DNA of 64,000 nucleotides, from positions 73,909 through 137,908 of the forward strand of contig JAHCRG010000006.1 of NCBI GenBank assembly GCA_020148045.1, in the 5' to 3' direction. Origin of the DNA: Patescibacteria group bacterium (GTDB taxonomy: Bacteria; Patescibacteriota; Minisyncoccia; Minisyncoccales; GWA2-38-27). The notes beneath the pieces were generated by a model. It was not told the origin of the DNA and made no database searches. It saw only the letters and a program-made list of their open reading frames with translations. A program made the position numbers and the translations under genes. Shown piece after piece: positions 1-8,465 of the stretch. Positions within the stretch are counted from its first letter, which is position 1. Every line of letters starts with the position of its first letter.

Positions 1-909
1 GAGGTTCCTAAAAAGAGCTGTCCATTTTGCAAAATTAAAACCCAAGAAGAGCCAACCCTTATCTTTGCTAAGGGCAGAAGGTCTCCTTTCAAGGGCTGGG
101 GAAAGATTCCAAAAGATTGGACAACTATTGTTATTCCTAATAAATACCCGGCTTTTCTTCCTCATCCTAAATTAAATGAGCGAACCGAGGGGAAATTATA
201 CAAAAAAATGAATGCAGTAGGGTTTCATGAAGTAGTGGTTACTCGTGACCACAGAAAACAAATGGCTCAATTTTCAGTAGAACAGGTTAAAGAAGTATTT
301 GATGTTTATCAGGAAAGGTATTTAGATTTAATGCCAAAAAAATTTGTTAATCATATATCTATTTTTCATAATCACGGTCAGGAGGCCGGAGCCTCAATTG
401 CCCATCCTCACTCCCAAATTATTACTACTCCTCTTATTGATATTGATCTTCAAAAGGCTCTTTTGCGCTCCCAAGGTTATTACAAAAAGAGTAAAGGATG
501 TATTTACTGCCAGATGAACAAATGGGAGGAAAGAGCCAAAAAAAGAATTGTTTTTGAGAATAAGGATTTTTTAGTAATTTGTCCTTTTGCTTCAAAAACC
601 GCCTTCCAGGTTATTGTTTCACCAAAAAAACATCTTGCCTATTTTGAGCGGATAAAAGAGGAAGAAAAATGGGAATTAGCCGAGGCATTTCAGGTAGCTC
701 TAAATAAACTTTACAAAGCCCTTAATGACCCTGCTTATAACTTTTATTTACATACTGCTCCCTCTGATGGGCAAAATCACGATTATTATCACTGGCATTG
801 GACGATTTTGCCAAAAACAGCAACCTGGGCTGGATTTGAAATCGGGACAAGGATGGAAATATCAACAATTGAGCCAGAAAAGGCAGCAGGATACCTCAGA
901 AAGCAATGA
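1..909 (+). CDS. GalT-like HIT-superfamily nucleotidyltransferase (galactose-1-phosphate uridylyltransferase family); 5' end outside window
   Basis: Frame 1 is open from base 1 (EVPKKSCPFCK...) and continuous with tracked ORF 208..909. Shows a CPFC zinc motif, PNKYPAF, and HPHSQI (HxHxQ GalT-type active site). Confidence 0.6.
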   Translation, partial: EVPKKSCPFCKIKTQEEPTLIFAKGRRSPFKGWGKIPKDWTTIVIPNKYPAFLPHPKLNERTEGKLYKKMNAVGFHEVVVTRDHRKQMAQFSVEQVKEVFDVYQERYLDLMPKKFVNHISIFHNHGQEAGASIAHPHSQIITTPLIDIDLQKALLRSQGYYKKSKGCIYCQMNKWEERAKKRIVFENKDFLVICPFASKTAFQVIVSPKKHLAYFERIKEEEKWELAEAFQVALNKLYKALNDPAYNFYLHTAPSDGQNHDYYHWHWTILPKTATWAGFEIGTRMEISTIEPEKAAGYLRKQ

Positions 910-912
910 ACA

Positions 913-1671
913 ATGACAATATTTATGAAAACATTAATCGTTGCTAATTGGAAGACGAATCCCCAAACTCTACGTGGAGCTAAAAAACTTTTTAATTCTG
1001 TAAAGAGGGGAGCAAGAAATATTAAAAGGACAGAGATAGTGATTTGTCCACCCTTTGTTTTTTTATCTAATATCCAGTATCTAACATCTAATATCAAACT
1101 CGGGGCCCAGGACGTATTTTGGGAAAAAGAAGGAGCATACACAGGTGAAGTTTCTTCGTCTATGTTAAAAGATATTGGCTGTCAGTATGTGATTATTGGT
1201 CATTCGGAAAGACGAAGATATTTTAAAGAAACCGATGAAATAATAAACAAGAAATTAAAAGCTGCTTTAGCAGCAAAATTAAGACCTATTTTATGTATTG
1301 GAGAGACCCAAAGGGAAAGAGAACAAGGAAAAACCGAAAGCATTTTAAGAAATCAGATTGTTTCTGATCTTAAAGGTATTTCAAAAGCGAGGTTTTCCCG
1401 AGTCATTGTTGCTTACGAACCTATTTGGGCTATTGGAACAGGGAGACCCTGCGATGTTGAAGAAGCTCAGAAAATGGGTTTGCTTATTAGAAAAATTATT
1501 TCTAAAATTTACAATCAAGCTGTTTCTAAAAATGTTCGGATACTTTACGGTGGCAGTGTCAATAGCAAAAATGCAGCAGGTTATATAAAAGAAGCTGGTC
1601 TCCAAGGGCTTCTTGTCGGAGGGGCTTCTTTAAAGGCAAAAGAATTTATAAAAATAGTGAAAATAATTTAA
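913..1671 (+). CDS. tpiA: triosephosphate isomerase
   Basis: VANWKTN, IGHSERR, AYEPIWAIGTG and YGGSV motifs. Alternative start at 928 (MKTLIVANWK). Confidence 0.9.
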   Translation: MTIFMKTLIVANWKTNPQTLRGAKKLFNSVKRGARNIKRTEIVICPPFVFLSNIQYLTSNIKLGAQDVFWEKEGAYTGEVSSSMLKDIGCQYVIIGHSERRRYFKETDEIINKKLKAALAAKLRPILCIGETQREREQGKTESILRNQIVSDLKGISKARFSRVIVAYEPIWAIGTGRPCDVEEAQKMGLLIRKIISKIYNQAVSKNVRILYGGSVNSKNAAGYIKEAGLQGLLVGGASLKAKEFIKIVKII

Positions 1672-1700
1672 TGTTTAACACCCGACGTTAAACACTTTTA
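1672..1700 (+). terminator. hairpin after tpiA (TGTTTAAC-N7-GTTAAACA then CTTTTAG)
   Basis: 8-bp perfect inverted repeat right after the tpiA stop; the T tract is short. Confidence 0.4.
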
Positions 1701-1701
1701 G

Positions 1702-1730
1702 TTGACTCTTCTTTTAAAATCTGCTAAAAT
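1702..1730 (+). promoter_or_regulatory. sigma70-like promoter TTGACT-17-TAAAAT
   Basis: -35 at 1702..1707, -10 at 1725..1730, 17-nt spacer, 9 nt before the ATG at 1740. Confidence 0.5.
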
Positions 1731-1739
1731 AACTTCATT

Positions 1740-2261
1740 ATGAAGCGAACTCTAAAAGGTTATTTTTTCAACCCAACCCGAGGAAATTTATCAGTCAGGG
1801 AAGTGATTGAAGAGATGATAGGTTATATAAAAGCAAAGCCAGAGAAGTTTTATGATATTATTGTTGGCTGTGATTCCTCCTCTGGAGATGAGCCACATTT
1901 TCCAGTTGCTGTGGCTATTTTGAGAGTGGGCGAGGGAGGGAGATTTTTTCTCAAAAAAATAAAGTATCCATCTTCTGTAAACAAAAAGTTTGTTAATTGG
2001 AGGGCCCGAGTTTTAGAAGAAGTTTTGTTATCTTGCGATTTGGCTTTATTTTTAAGGGAGGATTTTAAGAAGAAAATCCAAGAAATAAATGACGAGAATC
2101 TCCGTTACCAATTCCGCTATATTCATGCTGACATTGGTGAAAATGGCCAGACAAAAGATATGATAAAAGAATTAACCGGTCTTATTCGAGGAAATGGGTT
2201 TGAACCAAAAATCAAACCAGAAGCATATATAGCTTCGGTAGTAGCGGACAGATACTCTTAA
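1740..2261 (+). CDS. YkuK/DUF458-like RNase H-fold protein
   Basis: The N-terminal pattern FFNPTRGNLS..EEMIGYIK..P..YDIIVGCDSS resembles the YkuK family (F.NPs.g.l...iGtDSq). Recalled from memory, not searched. Confidence 0.5.
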   Translation: MKRTLKGYFFNPTRGNLSVREVIEEMIGYIKAKPEKFYDIIVGCDSSSGDEPHFPVAVAILRVGEGGRFFLKKIKYPSSVNKKFVNWRARVLEEVLLSCDLALFLREDFKKKIQEINDENLRYQFRYIHADIGENGQTKDMIKELTGLIRGNGFEPKIKPEAYIASVVADRYS

Positions 2262-2277
2262 TAATTTCTAATTTCTG

Positions 2278-3993
2278 ATGACTTCTGTTGAATTAAGAAA
2301 AAAATTTTTAAAGTTTTTTGAGAAAAAGGGGCACAAAATTGTGCCCTCATCTTCTCTTTTGCCTACTGATCCCAGTGTTTTGTTTACCACTGCTGGCATG
2401 CAGCAATTTAAAAGTTATTTTTTAGGAGAGAAATCTCCTTATGGGAATAAAGTTGCTTCTTGCCAGAAATGCTTTAGAACATCAGATATTGAGGAGGTTG
2501 GGGATATAGCTCATTTGACCTTTCTTGAGATGCTGGGAAATTTCAGCTTTGGGGATTATTTTAAAAAAGAGTCTATTGAATGGGCTCTTGAGCTTTTAAC
2601 TGAAACTTGTGGATTGAAAAAAGAAAATCTTTGGATAACAGTGTTTAAAGGAGATAAGGAAGTTGCTGAAGACAAGGAATCAAGAGAAATTTGGAAAAAG
2701 CTTGGTTTTTCTGAAGAGAGAATTTATGGATTTTCAAGGGAAGATAATTTCTGGGGACCAACTGGTGAAGAGGGGCCTTGTGGTCCAACAACTGAAATTC
2801 ATTATGATTCAACAGGCAAGCCCTGTTCTTTAGGTAAAAAATGTCTGCCAAACTGTAAGTGCGGGAGATTTGTTGAGTTATGGAATTTAGTTTTTAATGA
2901 GTTTTATCAAGACAGAGATAAAAAGTTGACGCCTTTAAAACAAAAAGGGGTAGATACTGGTATGGGTTTAGAGAGATTAGCTGTGGTTGTTCAAAAGAAG
3001 CCATCAGTTTTTGAAACTGATTTATTTTCTCTCATACCTCAAAGTCGGGCAGAGAGAATTATTGCTGACCATATTAAGGGGTCAGTTTTTTTAGCTTCTG
3101 AGGGAATTATTCCTTCAAATGTTGAGCAGGGTTATATTCTAAGAAGAATCTTGAGAAGAGCAATTCGCTATGGGAAAATTTTAAAAATGCCAAAGAATTT
3201 CTTGATTCCTTTAGCTCAAAAAGTTATTGAGATTTATAAAGAGGTTTATCCAGAAGTAAAGTCAAATGAAGCAGATATTTTAACTGTTATCCAAAATGAA
3301 GAAGAAAAATTTGAGAAAACTTTAGAACGAGGACTTAGAAAGCTTGAGAAATTAATTAGCAAGAATAAAGACATTAGCGGGGAGGAAGCATTTGACCTTT
3401 ATCAGAGTTATGGATTTCCTTTGGAGCTTACTGAAGAATTAGCAGAAGAGAAAGGTTTCAAAGTTGATAAAACTGGCTTTGAAAAAGCAATAGAAAAGCA
3501 TCAAGAGATTTCCCGGGCTGGGAGAGAAAAGAAATTTGGAGGAGTAGGGAAGGAAGCAGGTTTAGAAGCAACAAAGCTTCATACAGCTACCCATTTATTA
3601 CATCAAGCCCTAAGACAAGTTTTAGGAGAGCATATTAAGCAAATGGGCTCTGATGTTACTTCTCAGCGGCTTCGTTTTGATTTTTCCCATTCAGCTAAAA
3701 TGACGGAAGAGGAAGTTAAAAAGGTTGAGGAGATTGTTAATCAGAAAATTAAACAGGATTTAGAAGTTAAAAAAGAAGAAATGTCTTACAAAGAAGCAAT
3801 AAAATCAGGGGCTTTGGCATTTTTTAAAGAGAAGTATCCTGAAAGAGTAAGTATTTATTCTATTAACAAGTTCTCAAAAGAAATCTGCGCTGGTCCCCAT
3901 GTCAAGCGCACCTCCGAGCTTGGCAAATTTAAAATCATCAAAGAAGAATCTTCTGGCTCCGGCATCCGCCGCATTAAAGCCATTTTAGAATAA
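2278..3993 (+). CDS. alaS: alanyl-tRNA synthetase, short form (571 aa, no C-Ala domain)
   Basis: N-terminus LRKKFLKFFEKKGHKIVPSSSLLP..DPSVLFTTAGMQQFK. Editing-domain motifs HTATHLLHQAL and CAGPHV. Ends at GSGIRRIKAILE. Confidence 0.9.
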   Translation: MTSVELRKKFLKFFEKKGHKIVPSSSLLPTDPSVLFTTAGMQQFKSYFLGEKSPYGNKVASCQKCFRTSDIEEVGDIAHLTFLEMLGNFSFGDYFKKESIEWALELLTETCGLKKENLWITVFKGDKEVAEDKESREIWKKLGFSEERIYGFSREDNFWGPTGEEGPCGPTTEIHYDSTGKPCSLGKKCLPNCKCGRFVELWNLVFNEFYQDRDKKLTPLKQKGVDTGMGLERLAVVVQKKPSVFETDLFSLIPQSRAERIIADHIKGSVFLASEGIIPSNVEQGYILRRILRRAIRYGKILKMPKNFLIPLAQKVIEIYKEVYPEVKSNEADILTVIQNEEEKFEKTLERGLRKLEKLISKNKDISGEEAFDLYQSYGFPLELTEELAEEKGFKVDKTGFEKAIEKHQEISRAGREKKFGGVGKEAGLEATKLHTATHLLHQALRQVLGEHIKQMGSDVTSQRLRFDFSHSAKMTEEEVKKVEEIVNQKIKQDLEVKKEEMSYKEAIKSGALAFFKEKYPERVSIYSINKFSKEICAGPHVKRTSELGKFKIIKEESSGSGIRRIKAILE

Positions 3994-4020
3994 AAAAGAA
4001 TTTTGTGGTAAAATTAAGTA

Positions 4021-5160
4021 ATGGGATTTGATTTTTTTGGGACAAAAAGAAAAAAAGAAAAACTTTTTTTGGTTTTGGATATTGGGACTGAGGCGGTTAA
4101 AGGTTTGATTTGTAAGAAAGAGAATAGTAAAATTGTTGTTTTAAGTGCTTCTACCCAATATTTTGAAAGATATGGGGTGTTTGACGGTAGGGATTTTGAG
4201 ACAGATGTGATAAAAAGAGCTATTTTGAAAACAATTAAGGAAGCTCACCAAAATTTAGGGGCACAGAGGCAAAACTGTAAAAAAAGGCCGGTTTTAGTTG
4301 GTCTGCCTCCTAATATTCTGAAAGGAAGAATTGTTTGGCAATCTTTTAAACGAGATAATTCAAAAAAGAAGATTTCTAAAAATGAGCAAGAACTTATTTA
4401 TCAGCAAGTTTTTAAAGAAGCTCAGAAAGAAATTTCTCAAAGATTTACCAAAGAGTTTGGTATTTTAGTAGGCGATATTCAGTGGATTACTCAAAAAATT
4501 CTTGAAATAAAAATTGATGGATATCCAGTGTCAGAACTTCAAGGGTATGATGGGAAAGATTTAGGCATTAAAATCTTAGCAACCTTTTTACCGAAATATT
4601 ATTTTGAAAATATAAAAAAAATTTTTGGAGATTTACAATTGAAGGTTTTTAAAATAATCCATTTAGCTGAGAATTTGCCCATTGTATTAGAAGATAAAAT
4701 AGGGGACGGTATTTTCCTTGACGTTGGCGGACAAGCCACCCAAATTTTTTTAGTAAGAGGAGGCAATTTAAAACAAGTTAATGAATTTGAAGCCGGAGGG
4801 AAAGTGTTTTCTCAAGAGTTATCCGAGATTTTGGGAATTGATGAAGAGTCAGCTAGAACTCTAAAAGAAAGATATACAAATAAACTTTTAAGTCCTGAAG
4901 GTGAAAAGAGAATTAAAGGGATGTTTTTAGAGGAAAAAAGAACTTGGTATGAAAATTTAAAACAATCTTTACCAAAGGAGTTTTTCCCCTCAACTATTTT
5001 TCTTTTTGGGGGAGGAAGTTTACTTCCAGAAATTCAGGAAGTTTTAAAAGAAAATGGAATTAGGGTAAAATTTATCTATCCCAAAGACCTAAGAGATATT
5101 GAAGACACAATAAAGAATTTAAAGAGTCCTCAGTATGTTCCATCTTTGTTAATTTTTTAA
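4021..5160 (+). CDS. FtsA-like actin-fold ATPase (cell-division FtsA / PilM family)
   Basis: Phosphate-1-like LVLDIGTEAVKGL and phosphate-2-like FLDVGGQATQIFLVRGG; C-terminal FLFGGGSLLPEI. Confidence 0.55.
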   Translation: MGFDFFGTKRKKEKLFLVLDIGTEAVKGLICKKENSKIVVLSASTQYFERYGVFDGRDFETDVIKRAILKTIKEAHQNLGAQRQNCKKRPVLVGLPPNILKGRIVWQSFKRDNSKKKISKNEQELIYQQVFKEAQKEISQRFTKEFGILVGDIQWITQKILEIKIDGYPVSELQGYDGKDLGIKILATFLPKYYFENIKKIFGDLQLKVFKIIHLAENLPIVLEDKIGDGIFLDVGGQATQIFLVRGGNLKQVNEFEAGGKVFSQELSEILGIDEESARTLKERYTNKLLSPEGEKRIKGMFLEEKRTWYENLKQSLPKEFFPSTIFLFGGGSLLPEIQEVLKENGIRVKFIYPKDLRDIEDTIKNLKSPQYVPSLLIF

Positions 5161-5161
5161 C

Positions 5162-6436
5162 ATGGCTAAGAAATTTTATGATATTATTCCTCCAGAGAAG
5201 GTAACAGTCATCTCAGAAGATGACAGTCACCCTAAGGTGACTGTCACTCCGAAAAAGAGAATCTTTTTGAAAAGTTTAATTTTTTGTTTAGCTCTTTTGG
5301 TTCTCGTAGGAGTCGCGGGTTTTTTCTTTTTTTCTAAAGTAGAAATTGAAATTTGGCCAGAGACAGAGATTTTAAGTTTTAAAGAAACAGTCACTATCGA
5401 TTTAAATGCGGAACATGCTGACCTTGAAGCAAAAATTATCCCGGGGAAAGTTTTTAGCGACCAAAAATTTACTTCTCAAGAATTTCCTGCTTCAGGTAAA
5501 GTTTTAAAGGAAGAAAAAGCCACCGGTATTATCCGGGTCTATAACGCCTACTCTACTTCTGCCCGAACATTAATACCTTCTCGCTTTGTTTCTGCTGAGG
5601 GAAAATTATTCAGGTCAGTTAAAAAAATAGTAATTCCTGGGGGGAGATATGAAAAAGGAAAATTTGTTCCCGGTGAGATTGATGCTGAGGTTCAAGCAGC
5701 CGAGGCAGGTCCAGATTACAATATTGGACCCTCTACTTTTGCTCTCCCCGCACTTGCTGGTACTTCCTTATATACCGCCATTTATGGAAGATCTTTCTCT
5801 CCTATGACCGGTGGTTTTAAAGGTGAAGTTTCTCAGGTTACCCAAGAGGACTTAGAAAAAGCTGAAAATGTTTTAGCTGAGGAATTAAAAAAAGAAAGTA
5901 GAGATTTTTTAAAATCAACTCTTTCTACAGATTTTGTTTTATTAGATGAGACAATATCTCAGGAGATTGTAGAGATTGATAGCTCAGTAGAAGCTGGGGC
6001 TGGAGTTGAATCATTTAATCTCCAAATTAAGGTTAAATCAGAGGGACCGGGATTTAAGAAATCAGACATAAAAAATTTTGTTAAAAATTGTATTAGTTTA
6101 GATATTCCTGAGGGTAAAAAAATTCAAGAAGAGAGTTTAGAAATCAATTATTTTCTTTTAGAGCAAAAGATTGATGAAGAGAGCGAGCCCTCACACCCAA
6201 ATTTTGGTAGTGAGGGCAAGATTGTTTTAAATTTAGAAATTAAAGCTAAAATCTATTCAGACATTGATTTAACCAAACTTAAAAAAGCTCTTTTAGGGAA
6301 GTCCCTTAAAGAAGCAGAAGTATTTTTAAAAGATCTGCCCCAAGTAACTAAAGTTGAGATAAAATCCTGGCCGTTTTTAAAGAAAAAAATTCCAGAAGAT
6401 ATTAATAAAGTTGAAATAAGGTTAAGGATTGACTAA
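5162..6436 (+). CDS. single-pass membrane protein of unknown function, coupled to the ftsA-like gene
   Basis: One TM helix (LIFCLALLVLVGVAGFFFF) followed by about 370 aa predicted outside. The start lies 1 nt after the ftsA-like stop. Confidence 0.6.
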   Translation: MAKKFYDIIPPEKVTVISEDDSHPKVTVTPKKRIFLKSLIFCLALLVLVGVAGFFFFSKVEIEIWPETEILSFKETVTIDLNAEHADLEAKIIPGKVFSDQKFTSQEFPASGKVLKEEKATGIIRVYNAYSTSARTLIPSRFVSAEGKLFRSVKKIVIPGGRYEKGKFVPGEIDAEVQAAEAGPDYNIGPSTFALPALAGTSLYTAIYGRSFSPMTGGFKGEVSQVTQEDLEKAENVLAEELKKESRDFLKSTLSTDFVLLDETISQEIVEIDSSVEAGAGVESFNLQIKVKSEGPGFKKSDIKNFVKNCISLDIPEGKKIQEESLEINYFLLEQKIDEESEPSHPNFGSEGKIVLNLEIKAKIYSDIDLTKLKKALLGKSLKEAEVFLKDLPQVTKVEIKSWPFLKKKIPEDINKVEIRLRID

Positions 6437-6471
6437 TTAAAAAAACTTTGCTATATTAAACAATTATCTAA

Positions 6472-6696
6472 ATGGCGAAAAATAATAAAAAGGTTTATCG
6501 GAAAACTGGTGTTGTCTTAGAGGCCTTACCTAGTCTTAATTTTCGAGTAAGGTTGGATGATGGAGAAGAAATAATTGCTCACCTTGCTGGCAAACTGAGA
6601 ATTCATCGGATTAAGGTTTTACCAGGGGACCAAGTGACTTTAGAAATGACCCCTTATGACGAAAAACGGGGAAGGATAGTGTACCGCGGCAAGTAG
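6472..6696 (+). CDS. infA: translation initiation factor IF-1
   Basis: 74 aa with the S1-fold signature GVVLEALP...FRVRLDDGEEIIAHLAGKLR...I.VLPGD.V..E..PYD..RGRI.YR. Confidence 0.95.
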   Translation: MAKNNKKVYRKTGVVLEALPSLNFRVRLDDGEEIIAHLAGKLRIHRIKVLPGDQVTLEMTPYDEKRGRIVYRGK

Positions 6697-6769
6697 ATAT
6701 TAGGTGTTAGATATTAGATGTTAGATTCTTTTTTTCTTTTATCCAATATCCAATATCTAAAATCCAATT
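6697..6769 (+). repeat. repeat-built hairpin: (TAGRTRT)x5, T-rich spacer, (ATCCAAT-like)x4
   Basis: Heptamers at 6694-6728, spacer TTTTTTTCTTTT, and complementary heptamers at 6741-6768. The arms pair with one mismatch per unit. Confidence 0.75.
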
Positions 6770-6886
6770 ATGAAAGTTAGACCCTCAGTAAAAAAAATCT
6801 GTAGACATTGTAAAATCGTCCGGAGAAAAGGACGAGTTTATGTTATTTGTAAAAAGAACCCAAAACATAAGCAACGCCAAGGATAA
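6770..6886 (+). CDS. rpmJ: 50S ribosomal protein L36 (not in ORF track)
   Basis: Hand translation gives [38 protein letters not shown]. Canonical L36 with a CxxC...C..H zinc site. Confidence 0.9.
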   Translation: MKVRPSVKKICRHCKIVRRKGRVYVICKKNPKHKQRQG

Positions 6887-6887
6887 T

Positions 6888-7277
6888 ATGCCACGTATTG
6901 CTGGGGTTAATATCCCAAAAGAAAAACAAATAGAGATCGCTTTAACTTATATATATGGTATAGGTCGGTCTTTGAGTAGGAGAATTTTAACTGAAGCAGG
7001 CATTAATCCTAATTGCCGGGCTTCTGAATTAAAAACTGAAGAAATCAATAAACTTAAAGACATAATTGAAAAGAAATATAAAATTGAAGGAGGGCTCAGA
7101 AGAAAAGTAATGGTGGATATTAAAAGATTACGGGATATTGGCTGTTGGCGGGGAATTCGTCACATTAAAGGACTGCCAATTAGAGGTCAAAGAACTCGAA
7201 CTAATACCAGGACTGTTCGGGGAAATGTCAGGAAGACAGTGGGATCTGGAAAAAGACCAGCTCCAGAACCCAAGTAA
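6888..7277 (+). CDS. rpsM: 30S ribosomal protein S13
   Basis: MPRIAGVNIP..K....ALTYIYGIG. The true start is 6888, 1 nt after the rpmJ stop; the tracked 6840 start overlaps rpmJ. Confidence 0.9.
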   Translation: MPRIAGVNIPKEKQIEIALTYIYGIGRSLSRRILTEAGINPNCRASELKTEEINKLKDIIEKKYKIEGGLRRKVMVDIKRLRDIGCWRGIRHIKGLPIRGQRTRTNTRTVRGNVRKTVGSGKRPAPEPK

Positions 7278-7368
7278 ATCATTTTAACATCTTAACGTTT
7301 AAGCATTTAAACATTTTGAATTTTATTTTTGTTAATATATTAATATGTTTAAATGTTAGTATGATTTT
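7278..7368 (+). repeat. repeat-built hairpin from octamers (ACATYTTA-like x4-5, T-rich spacer, TTAAATGT-like x4)
   Basis: ACATCTTA ACGTTTAA GCATTTAA ACATTTTG, then AATTTTATTTTTG, then TTAATATA TTAATATG TTTAAATG TTAGTATG. TTAAATGT is the reverse complement of ACATTTAA. Confidence 0.6.
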
Positions 7369-7821
7369 GTGGGAAAGAAGCGTATCGTAAAAAAAACTGA
7401 AGAGGAACTTCTTAAAGAGAGAGAAAAAGTAGAGGCAGGGATGAGAAAAGAGATTAAGGTAAAAGCTCCTCTCAGGACAAAAGAGGGCAGAATTTATATT
7501 TCTTCTTCTTACAATAATACCTTGATTACTTTGACTGATCTTCACGGTAATGTTTTAACTTGGACCAGCGCAGGGGCGATTGGCTTTAAAGGAACAAAAA
7601 AAGCTACTCCTTTTGCTGCTTCAAAAGTAGCAGAAGGGATATGTTTGACAGCTAAAAAATTAGGAATTCAAAGAGTATCAGTTTTGGTAAAGGGAATTGG
7701 CTCTGGTCGGGAGTCAGCTATTAGGTCATTAGCTACTCATGGCTTAGATATTATTTCCATTACGGATGTTACTCCAATACCTCACAATGGTTGCAGACCA
7801 CCCAAGGTTCGAAGGGTTTAA
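7369..7821 (+). CDS. rpsK: 30S ribosomal protein S11 (GTG start, N-terminal Lys/Glu extension)
   Basis: [41 protein letters not shown]; C-terminal [16 protein letters not shown]. Confidence 0.9.
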   Translation: MGKKRIVKKTEEELLKEREKVEAGMRKEIKVKAPLRTKEGRIYISSSYNNTLITLTDLHGNVLTWTSAGAIGFKGTKKATPFAASKVAEGICLTAKKLGIQRVSVLVKGIGSGRESAIRSLATHGLDIISITDVTPIPHNGCRPPKVRRV

Positions 7822-7835
7822 GGCACAAATGTGAT

Positions 7836-8465
7836 ATGCAGGATTCAAAATGTAAAATTTGTCGGCGGCTCGGGGTGAAACTTTTTCTAAAGGGCGATAG
7901 ATGTTTATCACCAAAATGTTCAATGGTAAAAAGACCTTATCCTCCGGGAGAAAAAGGCAAGAAGAGAACTAGGGCTCTTTCTGAATATGGAAAAGAATTA
8001 AAAGAAAAGCAAAAACTAAAATATTGGTATAATCTAAATGAAAGGCAATTTAGAAAATATGTAAAAGAAGTTCTTGCAAAACGAGGAAAAGTAGAAGATG
8101 CCGGGGCTTTACTGATAAAAAAGTTAGAGAGCCGTTTAGATAATGTGATTTTTCGAATGGGGTTTGTTTCTTCACGCGTTCAGGCTCGGCAAGTTGTCAG
8201 TCATGGTCATTTTTTGGTTAATGGGAAAAAAGTTAATATCCCAGCTTATCAAGTAAAAAGGGGAGATAAGATTACTTTACGTTCTAGGTCTCCTAAAAAA
8301 ACTATTTTTCAAAACCTTCCTACAACCCTAAAAAAACATAAACCCCCTTCTTGGATTGAACTTAATATTGAAAAATTAGAGGGAAAGATTATTAGCCAAC
8401 CTAACTTGGAAGAAGCAATTCCGCCAGCTGAAATTTCCACCATTTTTGAATTTTATTCACGGTAA
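7836..8465 (+). CDS. rpsD: 30S ribosomal protein S4
   Basis: MQDSKCKICRRLGVKLFLKGDRC..PKC zinc ribbon; S4 domain VVSHGHFLVNGKKVNIPAYQVK.GD. The tracked 7791 start overlaps rpsK. Confidence 0.9.
   Translation: MQDSKCKICRRLGVKLFLKGDRCLSPKCSMVKRPYPPGEKGKKRTRALSEYGKELKEKQKLKYWYNLNERQFRKYVKEVLAKRGKVEDAGALLIKKLESRLDNVIFRMGFVSSRVQARQVVSHGHFLVNGKKVNIPAYQVKRGDKITLRSRSPKKTIFQNLPTTLKKHKPPSWIELNIEKLEGKIISQPNLEEAIPPAEISTIFEFYSR

Noticed and set aside
725-1142. Overlapping ORFs 725..916 (+) and 789..1142 (-)
   Set aside because: They lie inside or antisense to the well-supported GalT-like and tpiA genes and have no independent support. The other short tracked ORFs nested in confident genes were rejected for the same reason, for example 1358..1588, 2645..2851, 13419..13658, 27782..28043, 43172..44149 and 55095..55421.
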